IMG/VR virus record: IMGVR_UViG_3300026557_000001
Strand: one strand, 5' to 3'
Length of the DNA: 39,414 nt
From: a virus
A program made the translations under genes and the position numbers. A model generated the notes under the pieces. That model was given only the letters and a program-made list of their open reading frames with translations. It did not search any database and was not told the origin of the DNA. Below, one piece after another: positions 29,874 through 39,107 of the stretch. The first letter of the stretch is position 1. Each line of letters opens with the position of its first letter.

Positions 29874-30169
29874 AAGTGCTCCAGTGCGAGATTCGTATCG
29901 ACGCCCGCGCCACTAATCATGATGTCATGCGCGATGGCTCGGTCGCGTTGCTGCGTTACTTCGTCGTTGATGCGGTGCAAGTGGCCGTGAGCGTGCACCG
30001 AGGCTTCCTTGTGCACAAAGGGCTTGATGAATTTCTGGCAGGCGGTTAGATCGGGGAGCGTTCCCGGCCCGTAGGCTTCTTGCCACAACCGATAGAATTT
30101 AATCATGCCCACAGCGACGCGCTCTTCCATTGATTCAGCAAGAAGGTAAGCAGTCTGGTCAGAACCCAT
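29870..30169 (-). CDS. Hypothetical soluble protein (99 aa) within the lysis region
   Basis: ATG preceded by GGAGACAACGACCG. His-rich HAHGHLH. Confidence 0.55.
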   Translation of the reverse strand: MGSDQTAYLLAESMEERVAVGMIKFYRLWQEAYGPGTLPDLTACQKFIKPFVHKEASVHAHGHLHRINDEVTQQRDRAIAHDIMISGAGVDTNLALEHL

Positions 30170-30184
30170 CGGTCGTTGTCTCCG

Positions 30185-30418
30185 TCACTCGAGCTGTCCC
30201 TGCTCCCTATCGCTCTTTCTCTTTGGCACGTTGCGTAATTGCTGCCCGATGCTCTTGATGCGCTCGCCGTGAGCCTTGCTCTGCTCTTCTAAGCGCCCTT
30301 CGTAATACTTCTGTTGGTCCCGCAACCGGAACCACTGATAGCCATTTAGCATCAAGAGAGCGCCTACGAATAAAGAGGTAAGCACGATAGCAGCAATAAG
30401 CGAGACCGAGGTAGTCAT
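30185..30418 (-). CDS. N-terminally membrane-anchored coiled-coil protein (i-spanin/Rz-like or class III holin-like)
   Basis: 77 aa. The TM segment SLIAAIVLTSLFVGALLML is followed by a charged helical region. Confidence 0.45.
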   Translation of the reverse strand: MTTSVSLIAAIVLTSLFVGALLMLNGYQWFRLRDQQKYYEGRLEEQSKAHGERIKSIGQQLRNVPKRKSDREQGQLE

Positions 30419-30419
30419 G

Positions 30420-32672
30420 TCAGTTGCTCAGGATCGGCGAGATATTGAATGAAACAGAAAGTTGTGTCGGCGGCGTAGCGCACGCTGATGCCGCTGCCAC
30501 GTCATATCTAACCGTGATCGTCCCGTTTGGCTTGAAGATCGTTGTGCCAACTCCAGTACTCGTATCGACAGCACTATCCCACTGCTGCTTGCCAGTAGTG
30601 AGTGTCAACGTTTGGGTAGCCGTGCCATCTGAGATCGTAATGATCGGCGCTGTGGCGCAGGTAGTGACATTCTGCGAACTTGCCATGATGCGCGTGATGT
30701 TCGCGGCGTTCTGCACTCGCCAGTTGCACATCAGATAGTTCGTGGCGTTTACGATGGGAGTGATCGTCACGTAGCAGGTGTTGGGGATGGGATTGTTGAG
30801 CAGAGCACGCGGAAGACTGCCTGTATATGTCTGTAGGTTCCTACAGAACGCAGCTCCTGCGGCCCCTGCCGCTCCGAGATTGCTTCCAGTTGTCGTATAG
30901 GTAAGCGTCGTTGCCGTGACCGCCGTTATCCCGCTTGTAGCTCCTGCCGGGGAATACCCGTCGTATCCGGCTGGGTTTGCGCCCTCCACAAACAAGGCAT
31001 CGCCAACAGAGCAATTTGTGTTGACTGCTGCCCCTTGGTTGGTCAGCGTTAAAACAGCCGTAGTGCCCGTAGATGTTCCACTTATAATCGTGAATTGACT
31101 TTCACAGGAGTTTGCGCCGTTATCGAATAGCGACCCCGCATTGTTGATGCATTTAGACGTACCAGAAGCGATGTTTCGTACATCAGTTTCTTCGACTACA
31201 CCACCAGCAAGTATTTTTAATCCCCCCGTATTCGAATCGGCGGAAAAAACTCCCACGATACCGCCATTGATATGCAGGTAAGAATTGGCGTCAACTTGAA
31301 TTGCCGAACCGTTTGGCGTTCCGAAGAACGAGCCACCGATAAACCAAACATCCTGGGAGTTCGTGATTGTCGTGCAAGCAGTAGCGCTTCCACATTCATC
31401 TACTAAGCCACCGTACAGTTTGAACCCAGCCCCGGCTGGAGCTCCACTAACCCCGTTAAAAATAATGTTACCGCCGCCGTTGTTTCCGTATTTGGTGGCC
31501 CTTGATTCGCCGTTACAAGGCTGGCATTGGAAGCCGACGCCAGTATTCCCGAAAATCGTTGAGTTGTAGAAGAAAATAGTCGATTGTGAAGAGACGGCAT
31601 TCCCTCCAAAACGCTGAACGGTAACATCATCAAATGCCTGTGCGCTTGCATTCGCTGTGATAGTAGTGCCGAAACTAGACCCAAGCATCCCATCAAAGGT
31701 TAATCCCTTTACTCGCGCGAAACCTACATTCCCATTTAGCAATAAAACTGTGGAGGGCGCATAACCTGTCAGTGAAATGACACGGGACTGGTCGGAACCA
31801 TCTCCAAGGATAGTCACGCCGGAACGGGCCGCAGCGGGATTGATACTTATCTGTGCGGTCAACAAACTATAGTTGCCAGAAGGAAAATATAAGGTTGCTG
31901 CTGCTGTTGGTATTCCAAGATTGCCCGTACCGCTCAGCGTTTTCATTTGAGCGAGCATGGCGGTTGTAGCAGCGAGCACAGCCGCATCATCCAGCGTCCC
32001 CCAAGTGAACACGAAGCAAGGTGCCGCACCAAAACTTGAGCCGATAACGGCTGTCGTGGAGTTCGTGACGCTTATAATGGGAAGGTTCGACCAATAGGTG
32101 CCACTGCCAACAGAGCAGGAAGTAGATTTATTCACGTCCGCTGCTGTGAACACACAGTCAGTGCAAGTAATGGTAAAATTGCTAATACTTCCATTTGCGC
32201 TTTCCTGTGTATCCCCCTTCGCTCCGTAGTTCTTGACGTTGAACACCGGGCCCGGGCCTGAAGATGAGGCTGGCAAGGGCGAGTTAGGGGTAACGCCGCC
32301 GCCTCCGCCCCAGCCCTTCAGCGTCACATTCAAGCCGCCATTGCCGGACATGACTGTGACATTGACGCGAACGAAGTTCTTGCCGGTGCCCAAAGTGGCG
32401 GTAGTTGCCGAGCCTACCGTTGTGCAGCTTTGCGATGCGATTAAATCTCCGCTGCCCCACGATGAGCCGTCAGAAGAAGAATCCGCCTGTATAGAACAGG
32501 TATTCATGCTGGTTTGCGGACTCCAGGACATGAAGAACGAAGAAACGCCGGTATTGGCGAAACTTGTTCCTGGTCCTTTCGTGCCCGTCGTCACGAAGCT
32601 GTAGTTCTGGATGAAATCCTGCGCGCGAGCGCTGGAAGCAAAGAGAAGCAGAAGCAGTAAGAGTCGTTTCAT
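30420..32672 (-). CDS. Tailspike or depolymerase-like protein with a pectate-lyase-type beta-helix and an N-terminal Sec signal peptide
   Basis: 750 aa. MKRLLLLLLLFASSARA-QD; VFNVKNYGAKGDTQE (Pectate_lyase_3-like entry motif); long Gly/Asn/Ser/Thr-rich beta-helix-like sequence. GAGGA 8 nt before the ATG. Confidence 0.65.
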   Translation of the reverse strand: MKRLLLLLLLFASSARAQDFIQNYSFVTTGTKGPGTSFANTGVSSFFMSWSPQTSMNTCSIQADSSSDGSSWGSGDLIASQSCTTVGSATTATLGTGKNFVRVNVTVMSGNGGLNVTLKGWGGGGGVTPNSPLPASSSGPGPVFNVKNYGAKGDTQESANGSISNFTITCTDCVFTAADVNKSTSCSVGSGTYWSNLPIISVTNSTTAVIGSSFGAAPCFVFTWGTLDDAAVLAATTAMLAQMKTLSGTGNLGIPTAAATLYFPSGNYSLLTAQISINPAAARSGVTILGDGSDQSRVISLTGYAPSTVLLLNGNVGFARVKGLTFDGMLGSSFGTTITANASAQAFDDVTVQRFGGNAVSSQSTIFFYNSTIFGNTGVGFQCQPCNGESRATKYGNNGGGNIIFNGVSGAPAGAGFKLYGGLVDECGSATACTTITNSQDVWFIGGSFFGTPNGSAIQVDANSYLHINGGIVGVFSADSNTGGLKILAGGVVEETDVRNIASGTSKCINNAGSLFDNGANSCESQFTIISGTSTGTTAVLTLTNQGAAVNTNCSVGDALFVEGANPAGYDGYSPAGATSGITAVTATTLTYTTTGSNLGAAGAAGAAFCRNLQTYTGSLPRALLNNPIPNTCYVTITPIVNATNYLMCNWRVQNAANITRIMASSQNVTTCATAPIITISDGTATQTLTLTTGKQQWDSAVDTSTGVGTTIFKPNGTITVRYDVAAASACATPPTQLSVSFNISPILSN

Positions 32673-32684
32673 TCTGGGAGTCCT

Positions 32685-35033
32685 CTAATTCGATGGCATT
32701 AGTGTGAATACCATGGTCGGAAGCTGCGTGGCGCTCGCATTCAGAATGGTTGCGCTATCGGCTCCTGCCGAAGTTTTATACTGGAGCGCGACGTTATGAG
32801 CTGCGCCGTCTCCGGTGATGACCCAGTTCAAGCTAACGGGCTGAAGCACGCCAGCCGCCGTGGTTGTCTCTGTTGTTTCAACCAGCAGGCCAGCGTTGGC
32901 TGTCCCGCACGCTGCGTTATCCGTCAGTGCCAAGCTCGCTAGCACTGCGCCTGTTGCCGTGCCAATGGCTCCGCTGGCTGAAATACCGAGTTTCCAGCCA
33001 GTGGGTATCGTGACCGTGAAGCAAAGGTTGGTGCTGTCGGCTACGACGTAAGTGGTTGATGCAGTTGTGTAGTTGCCGCCGCCAGAGCCCTTCTTGAGCG
33101 TGAGGCCCATGGTGGTTGTGCCCGCGCCATTCTGAATGGTGGTCGCGTTAAGACGAAGAGGAGAAGCAACCTGAACTGCCGTGGCCGATGACAGAAACAG
33201 AATATTTACGGCTGCTGGGTCCCCTATCTGTTCTGAATTGGTCCCAGTCGTGCCAATAAGCGGAATGTCGCCGGCACAAGGCGTGACGCCGCCGTTGTTG
33301 CACGATTTGATGGAAGTCCCGAATGGTATGGCTATGACGCCGGTGAGCGCGCATGGATTGGCGGTCAGCGCTGCCCCGGCGCCGCCAGAACCTACGCAAA
33401 GTCCGCCAGTTCCAACGTTGGTTGGCGCGCCTTCTCCAGCGAATCCCGTACCTGGCAGGAAATTGACGTTCACCCGCCCGCTTGGGCCGGAAGCGTTGAA
33501 GTAAGCATCGCCGCGCTGACTTGCTCCATCATTGCCGGGATTGCGGAAGCGCAACGAGAAGACATTGGCGCTGGGGATGAAATCTATCAGGCTAAAGTCT
33601 CCGCTTTGTGTGTTGGCGTTGTTCGTTGTTTGCCAGGACCACTGATTCACGCCATTGGTTTTCCATAGCGCACCAATGCTCTGTTCCGTGTGTCCGGGAG
33701 CACCATCGAAAGCAGCGGCAAAATTAGTCGATGTTCCGGCACTCGACTGGCTGAAGTATCCGCCGAGAGTATTCGTCATGCTCGAAGTGCTGCCGCCAGG
33801 CCCGGTAGCGCTGGTGCCTGTGGTAGTCCAGAAGTTGCTGGTTTGCGTGAGCCACGTCCACGCAGAAGTGCAAGTCATGCTGGTCGCGCTGATCACCGCC
33901 GTGATGACGCATCCGCTAGACGCCATCGAGCCGCCTTGCGTATTGGGAGCTACCCATAGAAGTTTTCCAGCGTCCGCTCCTGTTGAGAAATTCGTTCCAC
34001 TGCCCGTCACGGCCGTACTGCCATTCGTCACCGTGATTGTTCCGGGACGTGAGGCGATGCTGGTGCTGTCACGGAATGGCCCCAAGCCCCAAATGTCAAA
34101 TACGAAGGGAATTACGATGTTATCGGTCCCGGAATCCCGCACGTGCGACTGAGCTCCGATGCTTACAAGGCGGAAGTTGGGCAATGTTGTCGAGCACGGC
34201 GCCGAGCATGTCCCGAACGCTTCCGCTTCCGATTCCATTCCCTGCATTTCCCAAAAAGCTGGCCACGTGCCAGTGACATCATGCACTCTGGCCTGGTTGA
34301 ACTGCACCATGTCGGCGCCGAAGGCCCCATTGCCGCCGGTATGGCTGCCGGACACGTCGATTTGATGGAATTGAGTAGATTGCGGCAATGTGCCGGGATT
34401 GACGGAGTAAAGTTTGAAATTCGCCACCGTGTTGACGTTGGCCAACGGATCGGCCGCGCCACCAACCACGTCCACCAGCTTCGCGTTCATGTTCGTGAAG
34501 GTCACGCTATTGGTTGCCACCAATGGGCCCGTGTACGTCTCCGTCCCGCCGTGGGTGTTGTTGCCGGTAAAAGTCAAGTTTGTCCCGAGCACCGAGCCCG
34601 CCGGAGAAACCGGCCCTAATGAAAACGGAAGAGTACTGGACAGGTCGAAAGTTCCGACTCCTGCAAACTGATATGCCTGTAAAACCACTGGAGTCGAAGC
34701 GACAATGCCGTTGCTGACGGTCGAAACGCCGATGAGATAATAGGAGGTCGAGGCATTGCCGAAGCCATCGGTAATGACATCGTTGCCGAATATCGGGCCG
34801 CAAGTCGCAGTGGTTCCAGGCGTAGCCGTGCTGGTAGAAAAATTCGTGAGGACGGTTCCGCCTGACCGCAGTATGCCAGTTTGATTCGGGTCAACCAGGG
34901 AGCAGGTCAGCGAGATGGTCTGATTGGTCCCGATGATAGTGATGGAAGTGGCCGTCACCGTGACGGTTGGCGCGGCCTCGGCCGAGCAAATGCCGAGAAG
35001 CATCAACAAAACTGCAAGAATTATTCTTTTCAT
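32685..35033 (-). CDS. Large beta-rich tail fibre or spike-like protein with an N-terminal Sec signal peptide
   Basis: 782 aa from ATG 35033 (ATGA overlap with the upstream stop). MKRIILAVLLMLLGICSAEA-AP. The rest is Thr/Ser/Gly/Asn-rich beta sequence. Confidence 0.6.
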   Translation of the reverse strand: MKRIILAVLLMLLGICSAEAAPTVTVTATSITIIGTNQTISLTCSLVDPNQTGILRSGGTVLTNFSTSTATPGTTATCGPIFGNDVITDGFGNASTSYYLIGVSTVSNGIVASTPVVLQAYQFAGVGTFDLSSTLPFSLGPVSPAGSVLGTNLTFTGNNTHGGTETYTGPLVATNSVTFTNMNAKLVDVVGGAADPLANVNTVANFKLYSVNPGTLPQSTQFHQIDVSGSHTGGNGAFGADMVQFNQARVHDVTGTWPAFWEMQGMESEAEAFGTCSAPCSTTLPNFRLVSIGAQSHVRDSGTDNIVIPFVFDIWGLGPFRDSTSIASRPGTITVTNGSTAVTGSGTNFSTGADAGKLLWVAPNTQGGSMASSGCVITAVISATSMTCTSAWTWLTQTSNFWTTTGTSATGPGGSTSSMTNTLGGYFSQSSAGTSTNFAAAFDGAPGHTEQSIGALWKTNGVNQWSWQTTNNANTQSGDFSLIDFIPSANVFSLRFRNPGNDGASQRGDAYFNASGPSGRVNVNFLPGTGFAGEGAPTNVGTGGLCVGSGGAGAALTANPCALTGVIAIPFGTSIKSCNNGGVTPCAGDIPLIGTTGTNSEQIGDPAAVNILFLSSATAVQVASPLRLNATTIQNGAGTTTMGLTLKKGSGGGNYTTASTTYVVADSTNLCFTVTIPTGWKLGISASGAIGTATGAVLASLALTDNAACGTANAGLLVETTETTTAAGVLQPVSLNWVITGDGAAHNVALQYKTSAGADSATILNASATQLPTMVFTLMPSN

Positions 35034-36295
35034 TGCACCACCTGTCTTACCGCGTGGATTCCTGCTCCAGCAGCGCCCAATCCGGCGATGCCTCCAAGCC
35101 ATTTGGCGACTTGCTGCACCTTCATCGCATGAACTCCCGACTTTTGCGCTCCTTCGAGATTCGCCATGAACTGATTCGCGCCATCCGTGCCTATGAATTG
35201 TTCCAGCCGGTCGCCATACTTGTTGAAACGCAGCTTCTTGGCGGATTCTAGGAGCCCATCTACGTTGATGCTTTCTCCATCCGAACTTACATGCTGCACG
35301 ATGGCTTTCTTGAAATCCTCTCCAGCCTTCCGTTGCTGATAAATGCCCTTGGCTTCTTCCGGGTCCACGCCAGCCTGCTTCAGTTTCCCTTCCGCTTCCT
35401 GGATCTTGTCCATGATGGCGGTACGGGACTTTTCGAGCTTTGCTTCCATTGCTACATCTTCTTCCGTATCGGTGAGGTTGCTGATGCGTTCCTGGGTGTT
35501 CTCCAGCTTATCTTGGAGTGCCCGCATATCGAACCCTGCAATCTTGTCCTGCTTGGCGTAGGCCGCGCGTTCCTGCGTGAAAAGTTTCTGAATCGGCTTG
35601 TCCACGATGGAAGTATTGCCTTCGAGCAGGGAAGCGTCTTCGGTCGCTCCGGTGGCTGTGCGTACCGCCGCCTTGGCTGGCTCTTGGGCCACGTCTTTTC
35701 CCTTGAGGACTTGCTTCACGATTCCCGGCCCTTCTTCGCCGCCAGAGATGGCTCCCTTGACAGCCTGTACGCCGCTCTTTACGAGGCTCGCCCCGCCGCG
35801 AATCGCTCCAGCCAGAGCAGGTTCGCCCTCCGCACCAGGAAGCAATGCCCCCGTGAGCGGATTGGTGAGCATCCCGGTTTCTCCGGTTCCGATTTTGCTT
35901 TCTCCTTGCGTTGCGCCGCCGAATAAAAATCCTTCGATGCGGTCGGCTATCTCACCCAGCTTGGCTTGCACCGGATGAGCCGCTTTGCCTTCCTGGGTGA
36001 AAGCGGCAGCTTCCTTCAGTTTGTCATGCGCGGCCATCAGCACTTTGGCCAGTGGCATCGTCATGCGCTGTTCTGGCGTCTGCCAATCGTAGCCAAAAGT
36101 CGGTACATCGGATGTCTTGGGGGCCGGGCCAATGCTCGGACCTTTCGGCGCGTTTGCATCGGGCGGCTGGCCGTTGTTCGCGGCCAATTTATCGAATACA
36201 TCGCCGCCTTGCGTAACGGTCTGGTCGTGTTGGATTTTCTGCGTATCTTGCTGGGCGAGCGTGTCAAAGATAGAGGAAGTACTCAAAATTGCCAT
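35030..36295 (-). CDS. Internal virion / ejection-type protein with a C-terminal hydrophobic segment
   Basis: 421 aa, Ala/Gly/Lys/Gln-rich and helical, ending in VAKWLGGIAGLGAAGAGIHAV. Its position corresponds to the T7 gp14-16 or P22 gp7/20/16 block. Confidence 0.5.
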   Translation of the reverse strand: MAILSTSSIFDTLAQQDTQKIQHDQTVTQGGDVFDKLAANNGQPPDANAPKGPSIGPAPKTSDVPTFGYDWQTPEQRMTMPLAKVLMAAHDKLKEAAAFTQEGKAAHPVQAKLGEIADRIEGFLFGGATQGESKIGTGETGMLTNPLTGALLPGAEGEPALAGAIRGGASLVKSGVQAVKGAISGGEEGPGIVKQVLKGKDVAQEPAKAAVRTATGATEDASLLEGNTSIVDKPIQKLFTQERAAYAKQDKIAGFDMRALQDKLENTQERISNLTDTEEDVAMEAKLEKSRTAIMDKIQEAEGKLKQAGVDPEEAKGIYQQRKAGEDFKKAIVQHVSSDGESINVDGLLESAKKLRFNKYGDRLEQFIGTDGANQFMANLEGAQKSGVHAMKVQQVAKWLGGIAGLGAAGAGIHAVRQVVQ

Positions 36296-37971
36296 CCTAC
36301 TGCGGCGGCGGCCTTCTTGGCATTCGCGGCTTTTTCCTGCGGGTTGGCTCCAGCAGCCGTGTCATAAAAAATCTGCGCGGTGTTGGCGTCCACTTTTCTG
36401 CCATTTCCGCGAGGCAGAAGAAACGCCGGATCAATTCCCTGGCCGCGAGCTTCATTGATTTTGTTCACGTAGGCATCGTGGCGGGCCTGCATGGCAATCG
36501 TGGCGTAATCTTTAACCTGTTGCGGGGTGATGATGTCGCCATTTTTGAGGCCCAAGAATTTCTGGTAGAGAGATTGTCCGAGTCCGCGGGCGCCCACGTG
36601 TTCGGCGACGGTATTTGAGTTGATGCGCATGCCCATGCCCTTGAGCGGTGTGGCGGAAAGGCCGATAGCGTTGAATAGCGCGACAACCGACTGAGCGCCA
36701 GTCATATCTTTGCCAGCGTTGATGTCTCCCAGCACTTGGTTGAACATTCCGAACGTGCCTTCGGTCTTGGCGAGTTCATCGGCATCTTTCTTGAAGGAAT
36801 CTGTGCGCTTGTTGATTTCCTTTATGCCGCCAGCGGGAGGGGTATAAGTAGCCCCCAGGATGTCGGTTTGCGGTCCTCCGCCGCCCTCTAATTGGCCTTT
36901 CGCCGTGCCTTTTGCGATGGCCTCCGCCTTTGCTCCGGCAGCTTGCGCCTCTGGCCCGGACGTAGCCTTGATTTCTGAAACCTTCGCCGCAGTCGTTCCT
37001 GGTTGTGCCGCTGCCGCTTCCGCTCCCACAGCCTTGCCTTTGCGCTGCGCTTCTTGTGCGGCCCCGCTATCAAGGACAGCCTTCTGATGGTCTACGGCTG
37101 ATTGAAGCTGGGTGACGAGTTCATTCTTACCGTTGAAATCCGGCTGCGCTTTCACGGTTTCGAGGCGCATTTTCGCTTCGTTGAGGCTCTGCTGGCTCAC
37201 CATGCCGTTGACATCGCGGGGATTGGTGAAGTTGATGGCGTTCCTGGCCATGCCGTCGCGGTCTTCGGGCTTCAGTGCGGAAAATGTCGCAGGGTCTATT
37301 GGCTTTTGACCCATCGCCGCACGAGATTGATTGATAAGCGGCAATGCGGCGTTCGGATCTTGCAGCTTCATCACCGTCACGCCACTTCCGGTGTGGATGT
37401 AGAGAAGCCCGGAGGGAACCGCTCCGAATTGGGATTTGACAGAATTGAGAGCCGTTGAGGCGTTCTGGGAGTTCTGCGCGGGGCCTTGGTCGAGCGGTAT
37501 CGATGCCACGGGAAGGTATCCAGCCGTTTTGGCCTTGTCCAGATTATTCAATCCTCGCTCTGTGGCTTCATCTTGAAGTTTCGCTGGAAGGAATTGATAT
37601 TCCACGTCGGCTTGATGCGCCATCGCTACTTCATGGGCTGCTTGAGCGTTGGCAAACGTGATTTTGGCCTTGGCTATTTGCCGATTTTGTGCGGCTTGGC
37701 GGCCCGGAGCTCGTGGGTCGATTCCTCCGACAATGGCTTCAGGGATTCCGCCCATAGCCAGGCCCATTAACATCCCTTTTAGCGTATTTCCGAAGGTGCG
37801 ATGGAAACGCGGAAGGTCGGGCTGCTGTTGCGGCTGATTCATTTGCGGCGGAGCCGTATCCGGCGTGGCTGTGGGGGTAGGCGCAGTAGGAGCAGCCAAG
37901 GCGGAACTTAGCCCGCTGCCCGTTTCCGGGTTGTCCGTCAGTGTTGCCGCGAGGCTGCTGTCATCTGCCAT
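36283..37971 (-). CDS. Internal virion / ejection-type protein
   Basis: 562 aa with a Pro/Thr/Gln-rich N-terminus and the hydrophobic segment GMLMGLAMGGIPEAIVGGI. Positional assignment. Confidence 0.5.
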   Translation of the reverse strand: MADDSSLAATLTDNPETGSGLSSALAAPTAPTPTATPDTAPPQMNQPQQQPDLPRFHRTFGNTLKGMLMGLAMGGIPEAIVGGIDPRAPGRQAAQNRQIAKAKITFANAQAAHEVAMAHQADVEYQFLPAKLQDEATERGLNNLDKAKTAGYLPVASIPLDQGPAQNSQNASTALNSVKSQFGAVPSGLLYIHTGSGVTVMKLQDPNAALPLINQSRAAMGQKPIDPATFSALKPEDRDGMARNAINFTNPRDVNGMVSQQSLNEAKMRLETVKAQPDFNGKNELVTQLQSAVDHQKAVLDSGAAQEAQRKGKAVGAEAAAAQPGTTAAKVSEIKATSGPEAQAAGAKAEAIAKGTAKGQLEGGGGPQTDILGATYTPPAGGIKEINKRTDSFKKDADELAKTEGTFGMFNQVLGDINAGKDMTGAQSVVALFNAIGLSATPLKGMGMRINSNTVAEHVGARGLGQSLYQKFLGLKNGDIITPQQVKDYATIAMQARHDAYVNKINEARGQGIDPAFLLPRGNGRKVDANTAQIFYDTAAGANPQEKAANAKKAAAAVGWQF

Positions 37972-37974
37972 TGT

Positions 37975-38673
37975 TTACCACCCGAAATTCCCGCTGCCGA
38001 TCATGCTTGCCCCCGTGCCAAGGCCACCCGTCAAAGCGCTACTCAAGCCACCACCCAACCCGCGAGCAAAACTTCCGCCTAGTTGCCCCCAGAAGCTGCT
38101 GCTGTTAGCGCTAGTGATGGCGTTTTGCAAGCTGCTTTGGGCGTTGCCCAGTCCGGCCACCGTTCCTCCGGCGCCACTGGTTTCTCCGGCGTATCCGAGC
38201 GGGTTGATTTGCGCCGAGACTCCATTGAGGGCATTGATGGCGTTCCAGAAGTTGTTCTGCGCCTGTCCGGCATTGGCCAGCGTGATTTGATTTTGATTTC
38301 CTGCCTGCGTCCTGGCTTCCGCGGTAAGAAATTCCTGATTCGCTCCCACCGTGACGCCCGATGGAACATTGGAACTTCCCGAGGTCTTCAGTTCCTGATT
38401 AAGAGCCGCTTGAGCGTTCTGGAACTCACTGGCTGTCGTATCCGTGGCCGTAGTCCTCATAGCCGCAAGAGCTTCGGGAGAAAATCCTTCTCCTGCCTGC
38501 GCCCTAGCAAGTTCCGGTTTTAGCGTTCCTTGCAGGAAGTCCAGCACGCCTTTTTGATTGGCGAATTGCTGCTGGAACAGCGTCATCAGTTGCGACTGGA
38601 ATTGCAGTTCCTGCTTGCTTGAATCGAGCGTAACCTGTTGCTGCTGCTTGGTCGCATCACTCGCCCCACCCAT
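37975..38673 (-). CDS. Internal virion / ejection-type protein (Gln/Gly/Ser-rich)
   Basis: 232 aa. Gly-rich C-terminus GGLGTGASMIGSGNFGW. Positional assignment. Confidence 0.5.
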   Translation of the reverse strand: MGGASDATKQQQQVTLDSSKQELQFQSQLMTLFQQQFANQKGVLDFLQGTLKPELARAQAGEGFSPEALAAMRTTATDTTASEFQNAQAALNQELKTSGSSNVPSGVTVGANQEFLTAEARTQAGNQNQITLANAGQAQNNFWNAINALNGVSAQINPLGYAGETSGAGGTVAGLGNAQSSLQNAITSANSSSFWGQLGGSFARGLGGGLSSALTGGLGTGASMIGSGNFGW

Positions 38674-39107
38674 CAGTGCGTTCCTCCAACGCTGACGCCC
38701 GTGGACTTCTTGAATAGACGTACTTTCTTGACCTCCACCCAGCCGTGGCGCTGAACTTTTTCCGCGTAATCCTTTTCCGTCTCGGGGATGAAGGCATACA
38801 CATCGCCAACATTCATTTCTTTCGCAATTTTCATGATGGATTTATCGAATTTTCCGAGGCTTGCGGCCCGTTCCCTTTCGGTGGAGTCCGGCCGGGGAAG
38901 AAATACTTCCGCCATGATGGTGGTCTGGCAGGCCAGAAACGCCAAGGGGCCTTCCGTATCTTCCGTAATGAGCACCGCTGTTCGCGGATAGCCGATGATG
39001 CCGGGATCGAAGGTCGTGCGGTTGCGGGATTGTGTAGCCCAGTCGATGAACTTCTTCACTTCTTCGGGAGTCATGGTCTTAATCATTTCGCCGCGCACAA
39101 GAATCAT
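38673..39107 (-). CDS. Hypothetical protein (144 aa)
   Basis: ORF abutting the upstream TAG. No motif recognised with confidence. Confidence 0.55.
   Translation of the reverse strand: MILVRGEMIKTMTPEEVKKFIDWATQSRNRTTFDPGIIGYPRTAVLITEDTEGPLAFLACQTTIMAEVFLPRPDSTERERAASLGKFDKSIMKIAKEMNVGDVYAFIPETEKDYAEKVQRHGWVEVKKVRLFKKSTGVSVGGTH

Noticed and set aside
29764-29913. N-terminal extensions of track ORFs: 29284..29913 here, and likewise 3973..4659, 32685..35102, 16452..16739, 20405.., 21987.., 22814.., 22993.., 23769.., 24360.. and 27864..
   Set aside because: Each extension would overlap the preceding well-supported gene by tens to hundreds of nt. In each case an internal start forms a 1-4 nt start/stop overlap or has a much better Shine-Dalgarno sequence.
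38673-39107. GNAT acetyltransferase assignment for the 144-aa protein
   Set aside because: It shows only a vague resemblance in size and one R..AASLGK segment, with no clear acetyl-CoA-binding Q/RxxGxG/A motif. It is left as hypothetical.
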